From: Selaginella moellendorffii
Lineage: Eukaryota > Plantae > Lycopodiophyta
Length of the DNA: 64,000 nucleotides
Assembly: GCF_000143415.4 (NCBI RefSeq)
Contig: NW_003314345.1
Span: 768,637-832,636 of the forward strand
Direction of reading: 5' to 3'
Positions 1 through 10,949 of the stretch are shown here, in pieces (the stretch's first letter is position 1; each line of letters starts with the position of its first letter). The position numbers and the translations under genes are program-made. The notes beneath the pieces are model-generated. The model did not search any database and was not told where the DNA came from. It saw only the letters and a program-made list of their open reading frames with translations.

Positions 1-1822
1 TTTCGTGTACCATTGGCGTGGCGACTGCTTGAGTCCGTAGAGAGCTTTGTTAAGCTTGCAAACGAGGTGTTCTTCTCCAGGCTGGATAAAACCAGGAGGC
101 TGAGCCACATACACCTCTTCATCGATGTCGCCGTTAAGGAACGCAGTGCAAACGTCAAGTTGATGGAGCTCGAGATCCAATTCTGCAGCTAAGATTAGTA
201 GCATACGAATGGTTGTGAGTTTCACCACCGGGCTGTAAGTCTCCGAGTAGTCCAGCCCATGAACTTGAGAAAATCCGCGTGCCACAAATCTCGCCTTGTA
301 GCGCTCAATGCTTCCATCAGCGTTGTACTTTTTCTTAAACAACCACTTGGATGAGACGAGCTTTCTGCGAGCTGGAAGTTCAACCAGCGACCAAGTGTTG
401 TTTTTCTGGAGAGAATCATACTCCTCCTGCATAGCTGCCTGCCAGTGTTCAGCTTCTGGTCCATGTAGAGCCGCTTGGGGACCGAGAGAGGCAGGTGGAG
501 CCGACAGAGCCCAGAAGTAGGCACGCTTTCCTATAGGCATCGCCTCCTTGGCTTTAAGAGATGGTTTCACGACACGACCCAAGCGTGTCACCACTGCTGT
601 GCCGGCTGGAGGAGGTGGTAGCTTGGGAATGCTGGGAGGAGTGGTGGCATCTTGATATAACTCGTCGCCAACGAACAGGTCAGCCACAAGCGTGGAAAGA
701 TCTGGCTGTTCATTGGTGCTTGAGGATGCAGCCGCTGTGGCCTGTGGAGTCGTCAGAGGAGGTGTCGAAGGAAGAGAAGTACCGTGATCAGCTCCTCCTG
801 CCAGACCGCCTCCTTCGGGCGCTCCTTCAGCAACTCCTCCTGGCTCTGCAGCGGCTGGATTGTCTGGTGCTGGGTGGAGATGTGGAACGTCGTCCAAAAT
901 CTCAGAAAGATCCACCAGAGATGGTGGAGAAACAGGAGGGAGTCTCAGGGTATCTCGATAAAGACGAGCTTCATCAAACACCACATCTCGGCTCACCACC
1001 AGTTTCCTGCGCTGGCAGTTATAGAGTCGATAGGCTTTTACCTGGGTGTGATAACCCATGAAGATGCATTTCTCGCTCTTGGGATCCAGCTTCCGCCGCT
1101 GAACATTGGGAATGTGGGCGTAGGCTATGCAACCAAACACCCTCAAGTGCCCTAACTTGGGGCGCTTCCCAGTCCATACTTGAAACGGCACCTGTCCTGT
1201 GGAACGTGTTGGCAGCCGGTTCCGGAGATACACTGCTGTGTTGAGTGCCTCTCCCCAAAACACCTTGGGCATGCCAGCGTGCTGGAGAAGGCAGCGTACA
1301 CAGTCCATAAGTGTCCTGTTCAGGCGCTCGGCGACCCCATTCTGCTGCGAGGTGTGGGCTGCGGTGTACTCGTGGTGGATGCCAGCCTGAGCAAGAAATG
1401 CCAGAAACTCCTTGCTCATATACTCACCGCCGCCATCTGAACGTAGTGTCCGGATGGTACAGCCAGTGGCATTTTCTGCCCAGCTTTTGTAGACCTGGAA
1501 GTGATGGTAGACCTCTCCCTTGTGTGCCATGCGAACAGCCACCGCATAGCGTGAGTAGTCGTCAATGAACGAAACGAAGTACCGCTTGTGACTGAGAGTT
1601 GCTTCTGGCACATGGCACACATCCGTGTGTACCAGCTGAAGAAATCCTGAGGCGCCATCTTCTGGACTTCTGCATGGAAAGGGTAGTCTTGGCTGCTTCC
1701 CCAGTTGGCACGTCTCACATACTCCCAGTTGGCTGGCACCGGTGAGGGTAAAATCATCAGCAAGCTTGTGGCTAGCAAGTAGCTGGATGTCGTGAGAATT
1801 GGCATGCCCTAGCCGAGCGTGC
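1..1822 (-). CDS. Copia pol segment (integrase plus reverse transcriptase), separated from gag by the nested insertion
   Basis: Manual translation gives HARLGH...CETCQLGK...LVHTDVC...YFVSFIDDYSR at 1821-1550 and IERYKARFVARGFSQ...ALYGLKQSPRQWYTK at about 310-1. Both ends are in the same frame; the middle was not checked codon by codon. Confidence 0.92.
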
Positions 1823-3543
1823 TGTGAGACACAAAATCCCTAGGCCCCAAAGTGGAGCCGGAAGGGCGCCACATGGTAGTGGCCAAAGCGAGAGCCAAAC
1901 GAGCGCAACACGTTTGGACCAAAAGCTCCAACTTGAAAAGTCAAGAGCGGGAGTGGAACTCCCAACGAAGTGCTCGAGGAACGAGCACAAAGCGAGCAAA
2001 AGGCAAGGCTCCAAAAAGGGACCCAAAAGGACCAACACATGACACGTGGGAGTGTCCGAGATGGAGTCCGAAGTGGAGTCCGAGGTGGACCCGAGATGGA
2101 CCCGAGTTGGAGTCCGAAGTGGAGTCCGAGATGGAGTCCGAGGTGGACCCGAGATGGACCCGAGTTGGAGTCCAAAGTGGAGTCCGAGATGGAGTCCGAG
2201 GTGGACCCGAGATGGACCCGAGCTGGAGTCCGAAGTGGAGTCTGAGATGGACCCGAGATGGAGTCCGAGATGGAGTCCGAGATGGAGTCTGAGGTGGACC
2301 CGAGATGGACCCGAAATGGAGTCCGAGATGGAGTCTGAGATGGACCCGAGATGGAGTCCAAGATGGAGTCCGAAGTCAAGACCGAGACCGGGACCGAGAC
2401 CGAGACCGAGACTGAGATCGGGACCGAGACCGAGACCGAGGCCGAGGCCGAGACCGAGCCCGAGCCCGAGTCCGAGTCCGAATCCGAGTCCGAGTCCGAG
2501 TCCGAGTCCGAGTCCGAGTCCGAGTCCGAGTCCGAGTCCGGAGCCTGAGAGGGTGAAAGCCCAAAGCGTTCGTCTCCCAGACCCTGGGGGGTTTGGTGAG
2601 CTCCAAAAGTATAGTAGGGGAAGGACTGCAGTGGAGCCAGTTTGGCCAGGAAAGGCCAGTTTGGCCCAGGAAGGCCAGACCCAGTGTTGGGTGATGAGCT
2701 GCCCACTGGGAAGTCCAAGACTAGAGTGAACACAGACCGACAAGCGGGGTGGCTTGGTGAAGTGTTCAAGAGCCAGCTCTAGTTCCCCCGGGAGATCGAC
2801 TGGCCGATGCTCCCAGTCCAAGTGTGGGTGGCACTACCTACTTGGATACCTGGTGTGGCTCAACGGAACCCGCTCTAAGCCCATGGCTAGAGCACCCAAG
2901 GGCAGAAGGCGAGGAGAGTACCCAGGTGGCTCGCGTAAGGCCACGGTGTTCCGAAATGTTGTCCCAAAGGCCTAGACTGTGGAAAGGAAGAGGAGCAGTC
3001 CTTTGGGGTAGTGACCAAGGACACAGTCGTGTGGTGAGGAAGTCCCAGAGGACTGTGGGACTTAGTGGTCGGGCCTGTGGGTCTCGATCCAGTGGTAGTG
3101 TTGGCAAACACGGCCAGGGGCAGAAAGGGACTTAGTGGGGACTGACAAAGGGATATTGGGGAAGGCTATTCCCCTTGTCGGTGGGCATCCTAAGGATGCT
3201 AAGGAGTGGATCTGAGATGACCACTCACGGATGGTTTGCCTAGTCTTGGGGAGCCAAGACTGTGATGCAAGTGGTATTGGACTACCAGTGTGGCAAAGGT
3301 GATTGGGCATGGCCTTAGCGTAACGGGCTGCTATGTCGGTGGTACCTTTGAGTGTCGGTCATGGGATCGGACACGTGGAGCACTTGGACCAAGTGCAAAT
3401 GTTGAGTGGCATGGATGCCGTTCTCGGGGCTAGCAAATCCCAAGTCCTGGATTGGACTTATGGAGGTTGTGAATGAGACTCCTCCAAGTGGTCGGAGGTG
3501 TGGTTAAGTGACTAAAGTAGAATGGAAAATTTAGTCGCTTACA
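1823..3543 (+). repeat. 5' LTR of the nested element (1721 bp)
   Basis: TGTGAGAC...CGCTTACA; near-identical to 7606-9326, with about 6 transitions seen by eye. Confidence 0.96.
2050..2545. repeat. Compound minisatellite in the LTR (GAGATGGAGTCC / GAGATGGACCC units, then GAGACC / GAGTCC hexamers); second copy at about 7833-8328
   Basis: Directly visible tandem units; they generate the spurious SD/RS/LG-repeat ORFs. Confidence 0.95.
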
Positions 3544-3546
3544 ATT

Positions 3547-3558
3547 TGGTATCGGAGC
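3547..3558 (+). promoter_or_regulatory. Primer-binding site (tRNA-iMet type) of the nested element
   Basis: TGGTATCGGAGC 3 nt after the LTR end. Confidence 0.85.
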
Positions 3559-6500
3559 TGTTCCTTAGTCCGACTTTTATTGGTGCTCAAGTATATCACC
3601 ACTAGTGTTGGCATCGGAAGGTCCGAGGAGTGGGCCTATCCTTGAGGAGTAGCAAGTCTGGAAGACATGGCTCTCCATTACAGTTCATGTGTGAACTTGT
3701 AGACGAGGTGGTGGATAGAAAAGGGCCAATAATGGAACGACTTTGGGATCTTGGGAACAGTGCAAGGTTTTCCTCATTGAGTTGAGGATGTGATCTGGAT
3801 GAGCATTTGTCTCAGCAAATTGGCTTAGGTTGTTGTGGTAAACAACTAAAGTTGGGATCACGGGAAAGATAGAGACTCCAAAACAATAAAGGAGTCACAA
3901 GATTATCCTCATATAGTTGAGGTTGGTGCTCATGAATGTGAGACCAAAGGTAATGACCGTGGAAGGTCAAATACGGAAGAGGACTCAAGTCCTTGAAATG
4001 GTAGCCGGGGCTACCTCTAATAAATGCTGGAACAACCCAAGGAGTTGGGGGTGTATTAAGTGGATGAGTTGGTATTCTCATCACATGGACAAGTAGTCCT
4101 AAGGGGCAAAGGTTGCCCCCAGAGAACAAAATCAAGTGTCGGAGTAACACTTTTGAAAATAGTCCTTTTGAGTAGGACAGGAATGCAATAAGTGTATTCC
4201 AGTGAGCTAGTGCCTCACAAGTAGGACCTTACGAGTCTGTGGATTGACCAAGTCCAAAACTGCTGGATGACTCAAGTAGAGTCAACGGATGGTCCTAAAA
4301 AGGACTGAATGAAGCATTTGGACTGAGGTGCGTTGTACCCCACAAAGGATGGGGGGGGATCATAGGATCCAAGGATGAGAACAGAGAGTATCTCATCGAT
4401 GGCAAAATGTGCCATGCTAAAGTTATAGGAAAGGTGTTCCCAGAAGAAAACAACTTTGACATGAAGTTGTGTGTGACCTCTATGGGGCAGTGCTAACAGA
4501 TGGTTGGCATGAAAAAGAGCGGTGTTGGTCTTGGCAAAGACTTAGACACGAATGGAAATGTCATAGAGGTAGGCTCGTGGAGCCGATAGTGTGGAGACAC
4601 CAAATGTGCCAAGGTGTGATACCTTGAGGCTATGTTGGTGGGTTCATGAGAACCCCTTGCCAAAGGAATCCCAATGGAAATGGGAATGGCATAGCCTAAG
4701 CTGCAGAGCATGCAGTTGGAGTGTGGTGACCCAGATAGTGATGGAGGTGTGAAAGCACCAAGTAATGAGTTGTAGGACTTGACAACTATGAGGCAACTAA
4801 GCAAGAGGTGCAAAATAACTGGTTAAATGGGTAGAAGGTAGCTACCCAAGACTTCTAGTATAGGGAAGTCGGATATACCCTTACGGGGGATAAGTTGCTT
4901 ATGTTGCGATATAGTAAGTCAATGTCATAAAAGGAAATACTCATTGTCAAGAAAGCCATCATTGGGACACCCGAACACTCTAGAACACCAGAAGGTGGTG
5001 TTTGATGTCGCGAGGGCAATGGATAAAGCCCAAGGGACTAAGTCCCTAGCGAATGATGGATAGAAGGTGCTATCCAAATGTCCAAGGTTGCGGAGACAGG
5101 AGAGGACTGTCTACCCAAGTTGGACAAAGCCAAAAATGGAATTTTGGCAAGGCTAGTGATGGGCATGTAAAGGCCCATAAGCAACAATGTAACCCCAGTG
5201 TGTGGGATTATAAGCTGAGCATACCCGGATTGAGGAACCACTCCCTGGGCTATTGGGTAGGTTCATCCCTAAGAATACTTGCTAAGGCATGATAGAAAGT
5301 GCAAAGCTATCCTCCTGGTCTGGAGGAGAATGACCGAAGGAAAGGTGTGAAGCCAAAGGCAAGTAGTGTTGGGATGGAACTAAACCATAGAAATCAAAGG
5401 GCATATCCAACAGTGGTTATGAAAGTTGGGAGTGGAGAATCAAGAGGGTGCTCAAGGATGTTGTTGCTAGCAACCGTGATGCCATGGAGAGTCTAAAATA
5501 TGGAATTGTCCATGTTAGACTATATGGCAACTATAAAGCTTGCGAAAGGGGAGGCCTTAGCAAGCTGAGGGACAGAGTTCCTTCAAGGTTCCCAAAGACG
5601 ATTCTAGGTAGCGTAGTACCTAAAAAGGCCAAGTGTAAATGGTTCATGGAACGTGCGAAATCAGAGTGGCGCAGCAGGAGCGTGGTCTTGAAGCTTGCCA
5701 TGAGGCAAGGTTATCAAGGTTAGGGAAGTAGTTCCCGAGTGTTCAAAGAGAGGGCTTTGAACGAAAGTCGATGGTCAAGGACTTTCACGCTTATGCAGGA
5801 ACCATGTTACAATGGTCGGAGGACTTGCCAAGTGAGATTGGCACGTCGGGGGAACAAAGACCCTAGTTGAAGGTGATATCTTCAAAAAGGGTGGGCCAGG
5901 GGGCCGAGCATGGAGGAGTCCATACATGATCACAGACATGTCAAGTGAGAGGACTTGGCAGTGTGGAGGAACTAGGTTCCTAAGCTGTGATCTGTAGCGC
6001 GCTTTAAAAATAGGTTGGTGCACCGGCGTGGGGAGTCACGCCAGGCATCTAGCGTGATGCCGTCCGTAGATGCATATACGGAGGTTGGGTTCGAGTCCCG
6101 ACCCTCTAGTGCTTGGGTTCGAGTCCCAAATCACTAGGGCGTGGTGATGGTTTGGAATATGAGGACACTCATATTTCGGTGGTCATGGACTCTCAGTGGG
6201 GAGACTGGTTTGGGCACACCGCCAAGCGAGGGATGCCTCGGAGTCGTGATGCACGGTTAGATTGCTTAGTGTGAAAGCTCGGCATATCTAACTTGAACGC
6301 TTTGGTGCAAGTGGCACCAAGGTCGTGGTGAGTGAGATGGGGACACCTAATCTCAGTTGCTATGAACCCTTGGCCGTAAGGGCTAGCTTGGGTGCACCAC
6401 CAAGTGTGGGGGATGCCCCCGGGGTTATAGTCAACAACTTGGAGGTCTAGAAGACCAAGTACCTCTTGGCAACTCTGTTAAGGTGCCAAGGTGAGATCAC

Positions 6501-7605
6501 TAGGTGATCTTATGGCCAGATAAGGACAAGGTCCTTGGTTTGCTAAGGAATGAAGTTCCTGGTTCAAAATGTTGAAATTGAACTGTTTAAGATGGTGTGG
6601 CTTGGTCGTGATGACCAAGTGGGAAGAGCACCTAAGGGAAATAAACTATGTCCGTCCGATGGCATAGTGAGTCCGAGGAAAGTAGTCTCTATAAAAGACC
6701 CATGGGAGGGTCACGAAGTTGGGCCATGGATAGAGCCCATAGCAGAATATGCTAAAGAGACATACTAGGGGTGAACATCCTCCGGACTTGGCAAAGAAGA
6801 GTCTTTGCTATGGAACCGAATGGATACCTCAAAAATGGAGGTAGCGATCCGATGTTGCTGGGTGCAACAATCAAGGATAGGAGCAAAGGACTAGTGGCCA
6901 AAGTTTGGGCCATGGAATTTAATGGAAGGGATCCAAATGGCAAAGTTAGCCAAGGAACACTAATGTGTTCGATGCTAACAGCTTGTGGGAAAGGAAGCGG
7001 ACTTTCAAGGATGGATTCCTAAGTGCTCCAATTTGGCGAAGTAAAGGCTCCAAGTGAGGGAGCGGTAAGGTAGCCAAATGATAGGGCCATGGACAGCCCT
7101 AGCACAAAGTATGATAAATGGAACTTAGTGCCCAAGGTGGCACGAAATAGAAGAGAGGATGATGGTGCCCTCAAGTAATGAACTTCCTAGGATAGGGAAG
7201 TGGAGTTGCACAATCTGTGCAATGCAAGGTGTTGGAGACACCTAGAAAATTGACTTCCAAAAAGTCAAAAGAGTAAAAGTTCCAAGGTGCAAACATTCAA
7301 TAGATGGAAATTGAGACTATTCGAGAAGGAGTAGTGGGATTGACTTAGAGAAGGGTCTCTAAGAGGTTTAGCGAGAACTAAACCAATAAAAGGGGAGAAC
7401 CATTACATGTGGTCCAATCAGTCTTTAAGTTGGAGAGACTACGCTCCTTAAAGGATGGACAAGGCATGGTGAGCCTTTGATGTCAAACCATAGACAAAGA
7501 TTGGCTAGGTGCCAAGGATGGAAATGGTAACACGTGTGGGTGTTACTTTATGAAAGGGTTTACCGTTCGATGAGGACATCGAACTTCGTCTATGGGTGGT
7601 GGAGT

Positions 7606-9326
7606 TGTGAGACACAAAATCCCTAGGCCCCAAAGTGGAGCCGGAAGGGCGCCACATGGTAGTGGCCAAAGCGAGAGCCAAACAAGCGCAACACGTTTGG
7701 ACCAAAAGCTCCAACTTGAAAAGTCAAGAGCGGGAGTGGAACTCCCAACGAAGTGCTCGAGGAACGAGCACAAAGCGAGCAAAAGGCAAGGCTCCAAAAA
7801 GGGACCCAAAAGGACCAACACATGACACGTGGGAGTGTCCGAGATGGAGTCCGAAGTGGAGTCCGAGGTGGACCCGAGATGGACCCGAGTTGGAGTCCGA
7901 AGTGGAGTCCGAGATGGAGTCCGAGGTGGACCCGAGATGGACCCGAGTTGGAGTCCAAAGTGGAGTCCGAGATGGAGTCCGAGGTGGACCCGAGATGGAC
8001 CCGAGCTGGAGTCCGAAGTGGAGTCTGAGATGGACCCGAGATGGAGTCCGAGATGGAGTCCGAGATGGAGTCTGAGGTGGACCCGAGATGGACCCGAAAT
8101 GGAGTCCGAGATGGAGTCCGAGATGGACCCGAGATGGAGTCCAAGATGGAGTCCGAAGTCAAGACCGAGACCGGGACCGAGACCGAGACCGAGACTGAGA
8201 TCGGGACCGAGACCGAGACCGAGGCCGAGGCCGAGACCGAGCCCGAGCCCGAGTCCGAGTCCGAATCCGAGTCCGAGTCCGAGTCCGAGTCCGAGTCCGA
8301 GTCCGAGTCCGAGTCCGAGTTCGGAGCCTGAGAGGGTGAAAGCCCAAAGCGTTCGTCTCCCAGACCCTGGGGGGTTTGGTGAGCTCCAAAAGTATAGTAG
8401 GGGAAGGACTGCAGTGGAGCCAGTTTGGCCAGGAAAGGCCAGTTTGGCCCAGGAAGGCCAGACCCAGTGTTGGGTGATGAGCTGCCCACTGGGAAGTCCA
8501 AGACTAGAGTGAACACAGACCGACAAGCGGGGTGGCTTGGTGAAGTGTTCAAGAGCCAGCTCTAGTTCCCCCGGGAGATCGACTGGCCGATGCTCCCAGT
8601 CCAAGTGTGGGTGGCACTACCTACTTGGATACCTGGTGTGGCTCAACGGAACCCGCTCTAAGCCCATGGCTAGAGCACCCAAGGGCAGAAGGCGAGGAGA
8701 GTACCCAGGTGGCTCGCGTAAGGCCACGGTGTTCCGAAATGTTGTCCCAAAGGCCTAGACTGTGGAAAGGAAGAGGAGCAGTCCTTTGGGGTAGTGACCA
8801 AGGACACAGTCGTGTGGTGAGGAAGTCCCAGAGGACTGTGGGACTTAGTGGTCGGGCCTGTGGGTCTCGATCCAGTGGTAGTGTTGGCAAACACGGCCAG
8901 GGGCAGAAAGGGACTTAGTGGGGACTGACAAAGGGATATTGGGGAAGGCTATTCCCCTTGTCGGTGGGCATCCTAAGGATGCTAAGGAGTGGATCTGAGA
9001 TGACCACTCACGGATGGTTTGCCTAGTCTTGGGGAGCCAAGACTGTGATGCAAGTGGTATTGGACTACCAGTGTGGCAAAGGTGATTGGGCATGGCCTTA
9101 GCGTAACGGGCTGCTATGTCAGTGGTACCTTTGAGTGTCGGTCATGGGATCGGACACGTGGAGCACTTGGACCAAGTGTAAATGTTGAGTGGCATGGATG
9201 CCGTTCTCGGGGCTAGCAAGTCCCAAGTCCTGGATTGGACTTATGGAGGTTGTGAATGAGACTCCTCCAAGTGGTCGGAGGTGTGGTTAAGTGACTAAAG
9301 TAGAATGGAAAATTTAGTCGCTTACA
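7606..9326 (+). repeat. 3' LTR of the nested element (1721 bp)
   Basis: Direct repeat of 1823-3543, followed by TSD CGTGC. Confidence 0.96.
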
Positions 9327-10680
9327 CGTGCCAGAGCTGGAGAGAGTTGGCAGCCCAGGAGCTGGGGCGAATTGCAAGCAAATGCCCCTGCTCGTGAGTT
9401 GAGAGGATCAACTGAGCATTGAGCTTGTAGAGAGTCTCAGCTCGTCTACCAAAAGCTACTGGATGGCCAGTCTCGTCAAAGATGGTGCATCCGTCTGCAT
9501 TGAAGAGTGTTGAGAAGCCTTGATCTGCTGCTACACCGACTGAGAACACTGTCTGTCCTGCTTCTGGTACGTAGTAGACCTGGTTCACGAGCTTCTCAGC
9601 TCCACTCTCCAACTTTATGATGACCGTTCCTTGTCCTTCCACTGTTAAGGGGCGTTTGTCTCCTACAAAGACTTGCTTTTCTTGCTCCAGTGGCCGGTAC
9701 TTGTGAAAAGCTCTCTTCAATGGTGTGAGGTGCATCGAGGCTCCAGAATCCATCCAGAGCACTTCGGCTTCGGACACAGTGGATGAAGATGCAGCGAGCG
9801 TCATCATCAACATCGTGTCAGGTTGGCGTGAAGAAGAGCTTCTTTCAGCGTGAGCTTTCTCTGCGGCTTTCTTGATCCGGCATTCACGCTCCACGTGGCC
9901 AGCTTTGCCGCAGTAGTTACATGGGCCCTTGCGTTTTTTATTGGTTGCAAATCCAGGGCTGGGAGAAGGGCTCTTTTGTCCTCGAACAGGGCCATCTCGT
10001 TTCTTCCCACCCGATTGCTTTCCCATGATCAAGGCCTGCTCCACCCGAGCAGCCTGAGAGGGCGCCTTTTGTCTCCGCTCGTTCTGCTTTCGTTCTTCCT
10101 CGATCAGGTCCGAGTAGAGCGAGTCCAAGTCCTTTCCAGGTACAGCCGAGAGCATCGATGCGAAAGGTTGGAGATCAGGGGAGACAGAGCTCAGAAGGAA
10201 TGCCTTAGCTTGGTCAAAGGTGATTGCCGCTTCCGCGTCCTTCAGCTCGCTGATCATCGCTTTAAACTTTCCAATGTAAGTGGCCATGGTGTCATCAGGT
10301 TGCATTCTCATCGTGAAGAACCTTTGTGTTAGCACCACCTTAGCATTGGCAGCTTTGGCAGCGAAGATTTGTGTAAGGGATGTCCAGTTCTGGTGGGCTG
10401 TTTTGGTAAGATCAAGGAGATGAACGAATTCATCCCCAAGACCTAACCCGATGACAGAGAGCGCTTTTCGATTCTTGGAGTCCCAGTCGAGCCGTTGGGT
10501 TACATCCGCAGCAGCCGGACGTTGAGTCGTTCCATCCACTATAGGCCAGCAGTCCTTGGCCAAAAGGATAAGCTGTACTTTTGTTTTCCAAGTGGAGAAA
10601 TTCTGTCCCGTGAACTTTTGGAGAAGTTTCTCCCAGCCCCCAGAGTCCCAAGAATTTCCTGCTGCGTTAGCAGAAGACAT
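9327..10680 (-). CDS. Copia gag-protease portion of the polyprotein
   Basis: 452-aa ORF with F-x-G-x-N-F-x-x-W gag N-terminus, CCHC knuckle and DSGA protease motif. It ends LQLWH at the insertion point and continues in frame as ARLGH at 1818 once the insert is removed. Confidence 0.95.
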
Positions 10681-10937
10681 TCTATCTATTAATCTAAGAA
10701 TAGATTAAACAGAGAATTTAGAAAGGACGGCGTGGAGAAGAATCGTGAAAAACTCGGCCGCAACAAGGGCACACCTTCCGGCAGGCTGGGCAAAGAGCTT
10801 GTTGGCGCTTTCGCTCCTGGATCTTCCGCTCCACCCGCGCCAGCACTGCCAAAGCCCTCGCGCGCTCCTGAGCCAAGGGTTCCTGGCCCCTTTGATTTTT
10901 CATCTGCCACTGTCCTCTGGCCATTAGATCGTTCGCT

Positions 10938-10949
10938 GCTCCGATACCA
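10938..10949 (-). promoter_or_regulatory. Primer-binding site (tRNA-iMet type) of the Copia element
   Basis: TGGTATCGGAGC on the minus strand immediately after the LTR CA; the canonical form is TGGTATCAGAGC. Confidence 0.85.

Larger units (their letters stand above)
1823..9326 (+). mobile_element. Non-autonomous LTR retrotransposon (LARD-like) nested in the Copia element
   Basis: TG...CA LTRs at 1823-3543 and 7606-9326; 5-bp TSD CGTGC (1818-1822 and 9327-9331); PBS at 3547-3558; purine-rich tract at 7592-7605; a 4.06-kb internal domain with no long ORF and no gag/pol motif recognised. Confidence 0.95.

Noticed and set aside
2050-2545. Possible CRISPR-like array
   Set aside because: No unique spacers; simple tandem units in a eukaryotic LTR.
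1772-2821. Long ORFs with SD, RS, LG, SP and ES repeats (also 7543-8604) resembling Sdr adhesins or SR proteins
   Set aside because: By-products of stop-free LTR minisatellites; open in nearly all frames and crossing LTR boundaries.
1823-3543. Hammerhead ribozyme (retrozyme) or 5S domain (Cassandra) in the LTR
   Set aside because: No CUGANGA...GAAA core with flanking helices and no 5S similarity seen by eye; an Rfam scan would settle it.
6081-6137. True tRNA gene
   Set aside because: Only T-arm-like hairpins; no D-arm or anticodon arm recognisable.
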